Notes under the pieces: model-generated
What the model saw: the letters and a program-made list of their open reading frames with translations, nothing else
Told to the model about the DNA's origin: nothing
Databases searched by the model: none
In this document: positions 26,191 to 40,945 of the stretch, piece after piece
Layout: the number at the start of each line of letters is the position of its first letter
Position numbering within the stretch: position 1 is the first letter of the stretch
Assembly (NCBI GenBank): GCA_951406725.2
Contig: OX597829.1
Span: 39,184,001-39,248,000, forward strand
Source: Octopus vulgaris
Lineage: Eukaryota
Length of the DNA stretch: 64,000 nt
Direction of reading: 5' to 3'
Program-made: the position numbers and the translations under genes

Positions 26191-26324
26191 CCCACATTTA
26201 CATTTCCCCTGCTAAGTTGCAGGGACACAAACACACTAACACCAGTTGTCTAGCACAAAGACACATGCGTGTGTGCGTGCACACACATACACATATATTT
26301 TCAATGAGTTTCTTTCAGTTTTTT

Positions 26325-26545
26325 ATTTCTTTATTGCCCACAAGGGGCTAAACATAGAGGGGAGAAACAAGGACAGACAAACGGATTAAGTCGATTACAT
26401 CGACCCCAGTACGTAACTGGTACTTAATTTATCAACCCCTAAAGGATGAAAGGCAAAGTCGACCTTGGCAGAATTTGAACTCAGAATGTAAAGACAGACG
26501 AAATACCGCTAAGCATTTCGCCCGGTGTGTTAACGTTTCTGCCAG
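26325..26545 (-). mobile_element. SINE family B nested in a degenerate SINE family A
   Basis: Family homology; family A pieces on both sides (26205-26320 and 26546-26692). Confidence 0.85.
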
Positions 26546-26844
26546 TTTCTATCAACCAAATCCATTCTCAAAGCTTTGGTCAGCCTGAGGCTATAGTAAA
26601 AGACACTTGCCCAAGGTGTCATGCAGTGGAAGTGAACCCAGAACCGTGTGGTTGGAAAGCAAGTTTCTTACCACACACCTACACCTGCACCTATGATTAA
26701 ACTTTTTTTTTATTTAAATTTGTCATACAGTAATATAATGATTTCTTTCAAAAGGTACAAAATCGATTTTGGTAAAATGGCGGGGGCACAGGAAATACAT
26801 TGTTTAACCTGCTTGTTTCTTTCATAGGTACAAGACTTGTTTTG

Positions 26845-27082
26845 AGTAAGGCTGCAAACTGGCAGAGTCGTTAACACACCAGGTGAAATACTTAGCGGTA
26901 TTTCATCTGCCGTTACGTCCTGAGTTCAAATTCCGCCGAGGTCGACTTTGCCCTTCATCCTTTCGGGGGTCATTAAATTAAGTACCAGTTACACACTGAG
27001 GTCGACCTAATCGACTTAATCTGTTTGTCTGTCCTCATTTGTCCCTTCTGTGTTTATCCCCTTGTGGGTAGTAAAGAAATAG
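26845..27082 (+). mobile_element. SINE family B with about 21-bp TSD
   Basis: ataggtacaagacttgttttg at 26824-26844 and 27079-27099. Confidence 0.9.
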
Positions 27083-27399
27083 GTACAAGACTTGTTTTGG
27101 GTGCATAAGAATGGCTTATTGTCATTTGAAACAATCTCAGATTTTAGAGTTTGTTGTTTGATTGCTTCTCCCCATCACCCGTGAAGGGTATGACAAACCA
27201 AAAATGACTTTGACGAATTTCATATGCACACACTTTGAGGAATGATGGACTCTGAACACAGTAATAAATTTAGTCTGGCATTTTAATGTCTCAGACATCT
27301 CTACCATCTAAAATATGATATAATTGCTTAATTAAAATCAATTACTGTGCCAGCTGTTATAGAGTTAATTGTGTGATTATAGCATATTACAGGTTGCAG

Positions 27400-27680
27400 T
27401 GGCAATGCTGGTGGCAGCAGCAGTGGGGGGTGGGGGTGGTAGGGGTGGTGGTGGTGGCGGGGGGCAACAGTAGTGGTGGAGGTGGTGGCAGCAGCAGTGG
27501 TAGTAGTGGTAGTTGTGTAGTGATGGTGGTTGCAATTGTGGTTGTTATTGCTGTTGTCGACGTTGTGATTGTTACCGTATTGGTGGTCTGTTGTTGTTGT
27601 TGCTTTTGCTGTTGTTTGTCATTGTTGTTGTCGATGCTGCTGTTGTTATTGTTGTTGTTGTTGTTGATGTTGATGTTTAG
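27400..27680. repeat. Degenerate (GTG)n/(TTG)n trinucleotide low-complexity tract
   Basis: Seen directly. Confidence 0.85.
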
Positions 27681-28338
27681 GCCATACATGAGCTCTGGTT
27701 GGAAAACCCATCCTCTGTGTTGCGAAGAATTGTCTTTCAGAATTCTTGTGTTTTCAGGTTCAATTCCACGTATGCAACTCTTTGAACAAGTGCCCTCTAC
27801 TATAACCTCAAGTTAATCAATGCCCCCACCCACCACCCCAAGTAAAATTTAGTAGGTGGAAACAGTACAGAAGCCCAGTAGTGGGACTAATCTTTTATCA
27901 ACACTGAGGGGATAAAAGACAGAGTTGACCCTGGAGGAATTTAAACTCAGACTGTAAATGCCAGAAGAAATGCCACTAAGCATTTTTTTATCTGGCACAA
28001 TAATGATTCTGCCACCTTGTTTGTATAATCTATATTATACCCTGCAAAAAGGCACCACCTGGTTTTTGGGTGCCTTTAGCAGAGGTGTGGTACCCGAGAA
28101 TACTAACAAGTCTGTTGTAAGTAGTCATGCCAGGTCTTCAGCTAGAGGAAAATTTTTGCATTTTCTCTGATCCATCATGGAAAAAAGAGAAAAATAACAT
28201 TGGAGCTGTCCTTCTTCCTCTTAGTAAGCTGTTAAAAAGATATTTCTTTTAAAAAGACATTCCATCCATAACTGTCCTGTCTTTTTTTCTTTCTCAGATA
28301 CAGTATATCTATAACCACACAACCTAAAACCTTGTTTC

Positions 28339-28575
28339 CTATTTCTTTACTGCCCACAAGGAGCTAAACACAGAGAGGACAAACAAGGACAGACAAAGGG
28401 ATTAAGTCGATTATATCGTTCCCCAGTGCGTAACTGGTTCTTATTTAATCGACCCCGAAAGGATGAAAGGCAAAATCGACCTTGGCAGAATTTGAACTCA
28501 GAATGTAGCGGCAGATGAAATACCACTAAGCATTTCACCCAGCATGCTAACATTTCTGCCAGCTAGCTTGCCGCC
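28339..28575 (-). mobile_element. SINE family B
   Basis: Family homology; imperfect TSD cctaaaa(c/t)cttgtttcc. Confidence 0.88.
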
Positions 28576-28731
28576 ATCCTAAAATCTTGTTTCCATCATA
28601 TGAAAATTATAGGGTGGGAAGTTTTACTGCTATTTCTAGCAAACAGAGTGACTACTTAGAGGTCTCCCTTAAGTCCTCTACTGGCTCTTTTATTAGATGC
28701 TTTCTTTTCGACATCACCTGAAGAGAAGATA

Positions 28732-29119
28732 GGCATAGGAGTAGCTGTGTGGTAAGTAGCTTGATAACCACATGGTTCCGGGTTCAGTCCCACTGCGTAG
28801 CACTTTGGGCAAGTGTCTTCTACTATAGCTTGGATTTGGTAGACGGAAACTGAAAGAAGCCCATCGTATATATGTATATATATATATGTATGTGTGTGTA
28901 TGTGTTTGTTCCCCCTCCCCCAACAACAACATTGCTTGACAACCGATGCTGGTGTGTTTACGTCCCCGTAACTTAGCAGTTCGGCAAAAGAGACCGATAG
29001 AATAAGTACTGGGCTTACAAAGAATAAGTCCTGGGGTTGACTTGCTCGACTCGACTAAAGGCAGTGCTCCAGCATGGCCGCAGTCAAATGACTGAAACAA
29101 GTAAAAGAGAGTAAAAGAG
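28732..29119 (+). mobile_element. SINE family A with internal deletion
   Basis: Family homology. Confidence 0.9.
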
Positions 29120-29400
29120 TGGACAATCTTGAATATGCATTCCTTCATTTGCTTCATTGTTTAATCCCTGTTCTTCCATCGTAGCACAGATTAGATGGGG
29201 AGATTCATGAGGTGGGACTTTCACAGCCAAATGCAGGCATGGCTTTATGGTAAAGAAGCTTGCTTCCCAGCTATGTGGATCGAGGCTCAGTACTGCTGTG
29301 AAGCACATCGGGTAAGTGTTTTCCACTGTAATGCCAGCCATCAACAAAAGAATAGCAAACAGGTTTGGTAGTCAGAAACTGGGAGAAGGCCATTGTATAT

Positions 29401-29452
<52 letters not shown>

Positions 29453-29739
29453 CCTAAAAAGTTAGTGGTCTCTGTATGGTGGTCTGCAAAGGGAGTTATT
29501 CATTATTCATTTTTGCAACAAGGAAAAGTACCAGTTACGCACCGGGGTTGATGTAATTGACTTAACCCCTTTGTCTGTCCTTGTTTGTCCATTCTATGTT
29601 TAGACCCCTGTTGGCAATAAAGAAATTTATATACATATATATATATATTCAATTATATATGCATATGTCATATTCGTATATTTATATATATATATATATA
29701 TACGAATATGAACATATGCATATATAATTGAATATATAT

Positions 29740-29799
<60 letters not shown>

Positions 29800-30083
29800 C
29801 ACATATATATACGACCAATTTTAACCTCAGGAAGAACCTCCCCCAGCTGATTATCAATTTAATCTGCACCTGGTATATATTGCAAGCAGGGAAGTAAACA
29901 CCTAACATCTTCTAGCAGATGATGGAATCACCAGTCTAAACAGTTTCAGGTTACTTGTGTCCATGTTCAATGGTGAACACCCAACCATTAGAGATAGCAA
30001 GAATTTGCTCCGGCTCACACTATATTGAAAACCTAGTGACAGCCAGTCTGATGGTATGGGTTCACTCCCCTGCTTGTAATATA

Positions 30084-30643
30084 CAGGGTGTCCATAAAAT
30101 CTCTTTACAATTTTATAATTTTATTACAAAGGCAGTTGACAAGATATCTTAACCAGATTTGTTTTATTGAAATAATTATTTATTAAAGTTTTTTTAACTG
30201 TTATTTAATAGACCTCAATTAGTTGCGCGAAGCACATCAAGACGGTACTCGATTTCTTGCCATGTTTGCTGTAGGATAGCCTCATCAATGGTGGCAATGG
30301 CATACTTTGCTTCAAGTCAGCAATGTCCCAAATCTTTGTTTGATACACGATATCTTTTACATAACCCCATAAAAAGAAGTCCAATGGAGTGATATCTGGC
30401 GAACGCAGTGGCCATGGAATTGGCCCATTCTTTTCCATCTATCAGCCTGGAAATGTTTGATTGAGGAACTGATTCAGTGAATCAGTTCCCTTCCATCAAC
30501 AGAGTATCTGAAACACAAAAATTTAATATCAATAAAAACTTTAATAAACAATTACTAAAATAAAACAAATCTGGTTAAAATATCTCATCAACTGCCTTTG
30601 TAATAATTTTTTTAAATTGTAAAGGGACTTTATGGACACCCTG
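30084..30643 (-). mobile_element. Internally deleted Tc1/mariner element with about 110-bp TIRs and TA TSD
   Basis: TA|cagggtgtccataaa...tttatggacaccctg|TA. Internal WPLRSPDITPLDFFLWGYVKDIVY is the third catalytic motif, resembling maT/rosa-type elements. Confidence 0.9.
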
Positions 30644-31054
30644 TATATTGGGTGCAGATTGCATCAATAACCAGCTGGAAGAGGCTCTTCCTAGGATTAA
30701 AGACAGAAGTAATGCTGAACAGCCATGTTGAAATGACAATAAACATTATTTCTCAGTATAGTTACTAACTTCCATCTCTTATTGAGGTTTTCTAACTAGC
30801 TACTTTGCTTGTTAAATGTTTATTTATACACACACACACTCACACATATGTATATGAATATATATATATATATATAAATGTGTGTGTGAGTGTATGTGTG
30901 TATATTTTGTGTGTTAGCACTTATCAAAGAGTTTGATAAATACTAATGCTCAAAACTCTTGGTCCTTGAGTCACTCAAATAGTAATAAAAAATATATACC
31001 TATGGTCATGATTTGAGTTCAACTTTTCTTATTTGCATCACCATACTTATATCT

Positions 31055-32070
<1,016 letters not shown>

Positions 32071-32275
32071 TTTCTTTATTTACCACACAGGGCTGCATAC
32101 AGATGGGACAAGTTACAAGGTAGAGCTTTTCTTTTGGGGGATGAAAAAAACAAAAAACAAAAGAAACAAAAAAAGGTGGGTGGCGTAGGTTTTCGATCAA
32201 GAGGGATCATAAAAGGGAAGAAAAGAACAAAAAAAAATAAAATAAAAAATTTTTTAAAATAAAAATAAAAAGATA

Positions 32276-32687
32276 GGCGCAGGAGTGGCTGTGTGGTAAG
32301 TAGCTTGCTAACCAACCACATGGTTCCAGGTTCAGTCCCACTGCGTGGCATCTTGGGCACGTGTCTTCTGCTATAGCCCCGGGCCGACCAATGCCTTGTG
32401 AGTGGATTTGGTAGACGGAAACTGAAAGAAGCCCGTCGTATATATGTATATATATATAAGTGTGTGTGAATATGTTTGTGTGTCTGTGTTTGTTCCCCTA
32501 GCATTGCTTGACAACCGATGCTGGTGTGTTTACGTCCCCGTAACTTAGCGGTTCGGCAAAAGAGACCGATAGAATAAGTACTTGGCTTACAAAGAATAAG
32601 TCCCGGGGTCAATTTGCTCGACTAAAGGCGGTGCTCCAGCATGGCCGCAGTCAAATGACTGAAACAAGTAAAAAGAGTAAAAAGAGA
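32276..32687 (+). mobile_element. SINE family A, full length
   Basis: tRNA-like head, cttgggca core, gtaaaaagag tail. Confidence 0.93.
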
Positions 32688-32708
32688 TAGATAGATGGAT
32701 AGATAGAA

Positions 32709-32877
32709 AATCAGAAAATGGAGAAAGCCTCACATTAACAAACACATCAATTGGATCACGTTTATAGCTTAATTTTTAATGCAAAGCATGTTATATCACG
32801 CTTTGTATTAGAAATAAGCTACAAATGTTGCCCAATCAATGCGATTGTCAACGTAAGGTTTTCTCCATTTTCTGATT
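32709..32877. repeat. About 170-bp imperfect palindrome
   Basis: aatcagaaaatggagaaa...caaagcatg versus the reverse complement of cacgctttg...ttttctccattttctgatt; roughly 80% arm identity by eye. Confidence 0.8.
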
Positions 32878-33043
32878 ATTTGTATTTTGCTTTCTGATAA
32901 ACTCTTCTTTATCCTGTTGTTACCTGCACTCTAAATGCATAGTGTGCCTGCACATCAATTCCCGGGGATAACAGGGGTAACGGATACCGATAGTATATAC
33001 GGATATTTTATCCCTTGGTTATTATAACCGCTAAGTCTGTTTA

Positions 33044-33149
<106 letters not shown>

Positions 33150-33342
33150 TAAGTAATTAAGGGTTTAGCAACGATTTGCCTCACCACACACCGAATTTAG
33201 AGTTATCGCTATTCAGTCAAAGAGTTATCGCTATTCTTTCTACTAAAAGGGAGATCTCAGTAAAACCACAGCACTTGAAAGGCAAACACAAACAGGCAAG
33301 AGAGAAAGAAATGACAGCAATCTATCATACAATTTTAAGTCA

Positions 33343-33433
33343 CCTACGGACGTACGTTTCGAGATTAAGTTTTAGGAAAGCATAAGAATTAGATAATTAT
33401 GTCTTACCCAACTTCTTCTCTCATCAGCGTAGG
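33343..33433 (-). ncRNA. Type I hammerhead ribozyme, copy 1, intact core
   Basis: Minus cctacg-CTGATGA-gaga...tctc-GAAA-cgtacg-TC-cgtagg: 6-bp stem I, extended stem II, palindromic stem III, GUC cleavage site. Confidence 0.85.
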
Positions 33434-33926
33434 ACACTACAATTATGAATAATTGTATATTAAATTTCGAGATACTAGAAGGCATCATCTCAACTTGGTA
33501 TCAGAGCGAGCTAAAACTGTTACCAGTATCACTAAATTCAAAGTGTGAATGAAAGTTCATGTCAGCAACCCCTTCCCACCCGCGTGTAGCCAAGACAAGA
33601 TGTTGCGGTCATTTACTGGGATGAAATATGGTTATCAGTAATAAAATAGGGTAAAACTAATTAATTTGGAATAATCAATTAATTTCACCAAGTAGATTTC
33701 GGCATGTAAAAGCCTCGTTCGAGGAAAGTTTAAGTAATACTAAGTAATTAAGGGTTTAGCAACGATTTGCCTCACCACACACCGAATTTAGAAATAGCAG
33801 TCAAAGAGTTATAGCTATTCTTTCTACTAAAAGGGAGATCTCAGTAAAACCACAGCACTTGAAAGGCAAACACAAACAGGCAAGAGAGAAAGAAATGACA
33901 GCAATCTATCATATAATTTTAAGTCA

Positions 33927-34017
33927 CCTACGGACGTACGTTTCGAGATTAAGTTTTAGGAAAGCATAAGAATTAGATAATTATGTCTTACCCAACTTCT
34001 TCTCTCATCAGCGTAGG
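33927..34017 (-). ncRNA. Type I hammerhead ribozyme, copy 2, intact core
   Basis: Same sequence as copy 1, offset by 584 nt. Confidence 0.85.
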
Positions 34018-34203
34018 ACACTACAATTATGAATAATTGTATATTAAATTTTGAGATACTAGAAGGCATCATCTCAACTCGGTATCAGAGCGAGCTAAAA
34101 CCGTTACCAGTATCACTAAATTCAAAGTGTGAATGAAAGTTCGTGTCAGCAACCCCTTCCCACCCACTTGGTGAAATTAATTGAGTTTTACCCTATTTTA
34201 TTA

Positions 34204-34652
<449 letters not shown>

Positions 34653-34665
34653 ATATATATATACA

Positions 34666-35127
34666 TATAAGTAAATAAATGGAGTTGAACGAAGATGTTA
34701 TTAAAATTCTTTTACTTTTGACATATGTTTCGAAGACAACATGGTTTTATTCCAAAGGAATAAATGGTGTATTTAATAACATTCTGTTTATCATTTAGGC
34801 AGTCATCGTAATTGTTATAATGTCTCGTTGAGATAAGGTTCTCTTTCTTTCCTGATGAGAAGATTGCATTTTACACTGTTTATTCCTTTGGAATAAAACC
34901 ATATTGTCTTTGAAACATATGTCGAAAGTAAAAGAATTTTTATAACATCTTCGTTCAACTCCATTTATTTACTTATACTACACAAATTACTGCACATTAA
35001 CCCGGAGTTTCTACCTTTGAATAGGTCGCTTCATCCGTGTTATTTGCGTGAATTTTGCTACCCTGGTAACTGTTTATTGAATTTTCCATGTTAACGGTAA
35101 ACAAAGGATAATTCATTCATCCATTTA
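34666..35127 (+). mobile_element. Penelope-like pLTR fragment with inverted 5' arm, inserted in a TA run
   Basis: Arm 34666-34771 is inverted relative to 34872-34977; same sequence as the 3' end of the GIY-YIG element at 47589-48410. Confidence 0.8.
34847..34928 (+). ncRNA. Type I hammerhead ribozyme (Penelope pLTR)
   Basis: ctttc-CTGATGA-gaagat...gtcttt-GAAA-catatg-TC-gaaag; stem II is closed by a G-U pair here. Confidence 0.75.
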
Positions 35128-35399
35128 TATATACATATATATATATATATGAAATTCAAATAGAGGCTGTAATAGCCTCATAAAATGGATGGTATCATCC
35201 AAAGAAATACTGGTTCAATACCTAATATTTTCAAAGGGTAAATGCTTTCCCACTCTGATGAGATTAAGTTCAGAAATATGATTTTAATATTTTTTTATTT
35301 CACTGTGCTTAAATGAAACAGCTGGAAGAGATAATGATTAATTTTTGTTGATAATAAACTCTTATTAACCATCTCCATTTTCTTATTCTTCATATGTGT

Positions 35400-35454
<55 letters not shown>

Positions 35455-35455
<1 letters not shown>

Positions 35456-35782
35456 AGACCCCTTCGGTCATGACTGACCATGGGATTGCACCTAGAAATT
35501 TACCCTCCCAGGCACAAGTCCAGGCAAGGTTGTTTATGGAAGACCAGCAGTCGGCCATGCATACCAACTTTTCCTCTCTGCACCACTGATGTTATCCAAA
35601 GGAAAGGCAACAGCAGATACAGCTTGGCACCAGTAACGTTGCAACTCATTTCTACAGCTGAGTGAACTGGAGGAACATGAAATAAAGTGACTTGCTCAAG
35701 AACACAATACGCAACTCGATCTGGGATTTGAACTCACAACCTCATGATTGTAAGCTCAACGCTCTAACCACTGATCCATGCG
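35455..35782 (-). mobile_element. SINE family C
   Basis: Homologous to 8080-8420. Confidence 0.85.
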
Positions 35783-36865
35783 TCTGTACATGTGTGTGTT
35801 TTTGTGAAATTGTGCCTGTTTGTCCCCATCACTATTTGACGACTAGTGTTTGTTTGTTTATGTTCTATTTCAGTAACTTAGCAGTGGCCAATGGAATTAA
35901 TGCCAGACATAAATAAATGCTGAGATTGATTTGTTTAACTAAACCATTCAAGTTTGTACCCCAGTATGGCTGCAGTCCAATGACTGAAACCAGCAAAAGA
36001 AAATATTTAAAAAAATAAGATGTTCATGACTGAAACCGGTTATAGATGTGCTCAGTCAATTCTAACTTGAGACTAAACAACAACATGAATAACAACAACA
36101 TTCCCAAGAACTATAGGTAATTCAAAACAAAATTCAATCGTCAATTTTCCTTTTCCTTTTTCCCTCTCTTTAATCCAATTTCATGTTTTTTTTTTCAAAA
36201 GTCACTGATGTAATGTAGCAGATGTTAGTTATTTTCATTATCAAAATACTTTTATATGTTTATCATCAAACGAACAATAACAAATGAACCAAAAAAAAAA
36301 GATAGTTTGACAGAAAATAAAATTGACAAACAGTAACAAACAACAACAACAGCAGCAACAGCGATGACAACAACTACAACAATAACAGAAGAATCAAAAC
36401 TATTTTCCATATATAGAATTCTTCAATGAATTATTTTTTTGGTTTTATTTATTTTGTTTTTATTCATTTATTTATTTGCCTATTTATTTATTTATATTGT
36501 TTTAACTCTCCAATTTTCTTTTGGAGCAATTTTGTTTTATTTGACATTCTCCTTAAAGTACAAAGGTAAATTTTCAAAATAAGATACTACCAAACTGAAA
36601 CCAAACTGGTAAAAAGATAATATTAAAAAAATTTTTAAATTGGAGACTAAAATAAACAAAGAAACAAACAAACAAACAAACAAATAGATAAATAAAATGC
36701 AATCAATAAGAAATGAAGAAAGAAGAAAAGAAAGAGGGGAAAGAAACTGTTATTTGAAATATGTAATCAAAGTAACATTCTAAGTTACAGTTCCAGAATG
36801 ATTTTTGTTGTTGTTTTTTTTTAATATTGCAATGTGGAAGATGCAACGTTAACTTAAAGAATCTA

Positions 36866-36941
36866 TTCATCATCATCATCATCCTCATCACCACCACCAC
36901 AACCATCATCATTGTCATCGTCATCGTCATCATCATCATTG

Positions 36942-36974
<33 letters not shown>

Positions 36975-36985
36975 CTGTTATCATT
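36866..36985. repeat. (CAT)n microsatellite, the expanded tail of a LINE 3' fragment
   Basis: Followed by tttaatgtcc...ccatgccagcacgggttgga, the LINE 3' end. Confidence 0.85.
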
Positions 36986-37556
36986 TAATGTCCCTTTTTT
37001 CCATGCCAGCACGGGTTGGATGGTCTGGCAAGAACAGACAAGCTAGAGGGCTGTATCATTGGTAGCAGTATTAGAAAATCAGATGAATTCTTTGTGACAT
37101 TTATAAAGCAAAGACACGGCTGTGTGAGTAAGATGTTTGCTCCTTAAACCACATGGTTTCAGGTTCAGTCCCACTACAGAGTACCTAAAGCAAATGTCTT
37201 CAAATATTACTTCAGGATAGCCACTAAGTCGACTCACAAAGTCTTGTGCGCGAATTTAGTAGGTGGAAACTAAAGACTGTTATGCGTATATGGATATGTC
37301 AAAGTGCTTGTACTTCCTTAGGGGGGAAAAGTCATGGCTTTCTGCATTCTGAGTTCAAATCCTGCATGAGGGCAACCTTGCTTTCCATTCTTCCAATGTT
37401 TTGATCCCTCTAAAAGCAATAAAATAAATTTTTAAAAACTCAGTCTAATGTACAGGGAGCTAAAAGGGTTGGCAATAGGGAGGGCATCCAATCATAATAC
37501 ACTACATCAGAAAGTCTTACCCAGCTCATTCCAGCATGGAAAAAAAAAACTCAACA

Positions 37557-37938
37557 CAGGAGTGGATGTGTGGTAAGTAGCTTGCTTAACAACCGCATGG
37601 TTCTAGGTTCAGTCCCACAGCATTGCAACTTGGGTATATTCTATATTTGCCTTGGACCAACTAAAGGTTTGTGAGTGAGTTTGGTAGATGGAAACTGAAA
37701 GAAGCCCATCATAGATGTGTGTGTGTGTTTTTGTGTGTCTGTGTTTGTCCCCCAACATTGCTTGACAACCGATGCTGGTGTGTTTACATTCCTGTAATCT
37801 AGCGGTTCGGCAAAAGACTCCGATAGAATAAGTACTAGGCTTACAAAGAATAAGTCCTGGAATTGATTTGTTTAACTAAAGGTTGTGCTCCAGCATGGCT
37901 GCAGTCAAATGTCTAAAACAAATAAAAGAATAAAAGAA
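37557..37938 (+). mobile_element. SINE family A, degenerate
   Basis: Family homology. Confidence 0.85.
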
Positions 37939-37952
37939 TATTAAAGGATGAA

Positions 37953-37983
<31 letters not shown>

Positions 37984-38701
37984 GTGGTTGATGATAGTGA
38001 TGATGGTGATGATGACAATGACATTGACATCAATGAGGACGACGACAGCAGTGATAATGATGATTGAGATCATGATGGAGGTGGTTATGACTTACCATCT
38101 TGTGTAATAGGGTTGGAAAGTTTGTTATACATTAGTAAGGGTGGGGTTTGTTCACAAGTCTACTAAATCAAGACTGATCTGAGGCCAAGAGTCAAACCAA
38201 ATATTCCTGGATCAATGACATGGATGACCAAGACCAGGCCTTTTGTGAAATGCTTCCTGGTCATACGTTTTGGGATTCAATCCCGTTGTATAGCACCTTA
38301 CGTAGATGTCTTCTACGGTAACCCTGGGCTGACTATAGCCTGGAGAAAAGATTTAGTAGATGAGAACCGAAAGAAGCCCATTATATATATATGAATATGT
38401 GTGCGTGAGTGCGTTTTTGTGACTGTGTTTGTCTGCTACCACTGCTGGACAACCAGCATTGGTTTGTTTATATCCCTTTATCTTAGTGGCTTGATGAAAG
38501 AGATCTATAGAATAAATAGTGAGCATTTAAAAAATGAGTACTGGGGTCAGTTTATAATAATGAACTTGTTGCATACAGTGCTCAGGTGCACTACAACTCA
38601 TCAGAGAAAGTAAGCAAAACTGCATGAACAGGAGATAGAATATGCATGGAAGGTGAACAGTGAATGAGTCTTTAAAAAAAGAAGAAACATAAAGGTGGGG
38701 C

Positions 38702-39116
38702 TGATCTTTTCAGTTTGAATGGCAGTTTTTTTCTAGCGGCGTCATATGAAATTGTCACCCATAATTATGACCCTAGTATCGATCTATTGCATTTCAATCT
38801 GGATTAGGGTTAGGGGTGGGGGGAAGGGTATCTTTTTTTCTTCACAAATGTATATAAACCCAATCTGTTTCTTAAACGAGGTACATATTCATACAGCACA
38901 GAATGTTTTCACCTAAAATAGACGTCATTGATTGGTTGAAATTGCAGAAATTGAAGAAAAAAAAAACAACAAATATCTTACAAACTATTGAATTTTCTCA
39001 ATAAAGCCAAGAGAAAAAGATGTTTTATAAACACATTCTACCAGTATACGAAGTTTAAAAGTGTTTAATTACGTGGAAATTATTTTAAAAAACTGCCGTT
39101 CAAACCGAAAAGATCC
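38702..39116. mobile_element. MITE with about 29-bp TIRs and a probable 8-bp TSD (Merlin- or hAT-like)
   Basis: gatcttttcagtttgaatggcagttttt versus aaaaactgccgttcaaaccgaaaagatc; flanks ggtggggc and agtggagc match at 6/8. Confidence 0.7.
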
Positions 39117-39379
39117 AGTGGAGCATCAGGTTTACTGTTGGTAAATTTCAGGAAGCATGGAAGTTTTGAAGGATGTAGTGTCTCGACAACTAACAACTGA
39201 TGTGAGTTGTTTATTCCATGCTTCAGCAATTCTAAGTGCGAAAATATGTTTCTGAAAGTCATGGGTGTTGTGTTGTTTTTTTGATTTTGTTAGCATGAGC
39301 CGGGTGAGACTTTCTGATGTAGTGTATTATGATTATATGCCCTCCCCATTGTCAACCTTTTTAGTTCCCATGAGTTGAA

Positions 39380-39855
39380 ATCGAAATCGAAGTCGAAATC
39401 AAACTCGGTGACTGGCATCCGTTGCTAGTGGAGCGCTAAGAGTACCATACGAGTGAGATCGTTGCCAGAGCAACAAGCTGGCCTTTGTGCCGATGGCACA
39501 TTAAACACACCATTCGAGCGTGATCGTTACCGCATTGCCTAACTAGCACTCGTGCTGGTGGCATGTGAAATATTTGAGCGAGGTCGTCGCCAGTGCCACT
39601 GGACTGGCTCCTGTGCAGGTGGTACATAAAAAGCACCACTTGGGCGTGACCATTGCCAGTTCCACCAAACTGGCCCTCGTGCGGGTGGCACATAAAAGCA
39701 CCCACTACACTCTCAGTGGTTGGCGTTAGGAAGGGCATCCAACTGTAGAAATTCTGCCAGATCAGATTGGAGTTTGGTTCACCAGACCTCAGTCAAATCG
39801 TCCAACTCATGCTAGCATGGAAAGCGGATGTTAAATGATGATGATGATGATGATG
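39380..39855 (+). mobile_element. RTE-type LINE 3' UTR fragment with (GAT)n tail
   Basis: Homologous to the reverse complement of 51099-51700. Confidence 0.85.
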
Positions 39856-40344
39856 AGTGTTTGATGTATGGAATTCAAAAAGGTGCCCAAGGTTGTTGTT
39901 GGAAAGATGGTGGATGATCTTGTGGGTGTCTACCAAATCAGTTGCCAGATGTTGGAGCTTTTAAATCCTTCAAGACAGTCTCCCAGCATTGCCACAGTCC
40001 ACTGACTGAAACAAGTAATAGATAAGAAACAAAAGGTGTTGTGCCAAATATTGCAAAACTTACTGGATATGGAAGACTCACTGGATATGGAAGACCGTTT
40101 CCACTGATGCAAGTATTAGACACCTTACTGTTACATTCACACAAACACATACACACTCACACATACATATATATTTATACCATGTTCTGTCTTTCATCAT
40201 TTATTTATTTGAGACATTGGACTGCAGCCATGCTGGGGGCACTGCCTTGAAAGTTGTAGCTGAACAAATAACCCCACCCCCATCCCGATACCTATTTTCT
40301 TTTAAAGCCTGGTGCTTTACACACACACATACATGTGTGCGCAC

Positions 40345-40472
<128 letters not shown>

Positions 40473-40499
40473 CAGACAAGAAAGTAAATTTTGAATGCA

Positions 40500-40945
40500 G
40501 TATAGCCGGCTTAGTGGTTGGGATATTCGGCTCACAATCGCAGGGTCATGAGTTCGATTCCTGGTGGCAGTTTGTATCCTTGAGCAAGACACTTTATTTC
40601 ACATTGCTCCAGTCCACTCAGCTGGCAAAAATGAGTTGTACCTGTAATCCAAAGAGACCAGTCTTGTCATATTCTGTGTCACACTGAATCTCTCTGAGAA
40701 CTACCTTAAAGGTATTCTGCGAGCTACCGGAAACGTTAGCATGCCGGGCGAAATGCATAGCGGTATTTCATCTGCCATTACGTTCCGAGTTCAAATTCCG
40801 CCAAGGTCGACTTTGCTTTTCATCCTTTCAGGGTCGATAAATTAAGTACCAGTTATGCACTGGGGTCGATGTAATTGGCTTAATCCGTTTGTCTGTCCTT
40901 GTTTGTCCCCTCTGTGTTTAGCCCCTTGTGGGTAGTAAAGAAATA
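40500..40945 (+). mobile_element. tRNA-derived SINE (40500-40715) interrupted by SINE family B (40720-40945)
   Basis: A and B boxes ggcttagtggtt and gagttcgattcc; family B homology. Confidence 0.8.

Noticed and set aside
27373-27816. 147-aa membrane-protein-like ORF
   Set aside because: Hydrophobic runs come from (GTG)n/(TTG)n repeats.
38091-38135. Minus-strand donor GATG|GTAAGT with a short upstream ORF
   Set aside because: No convincing acceptor or recognisable peptide; isolated donors are frequent.
38804-38828. Telomeric repeat (TTAGGG)2 and G-run
   Set aside because: Only two units, internal to a MITE; not an interstitial telomere.
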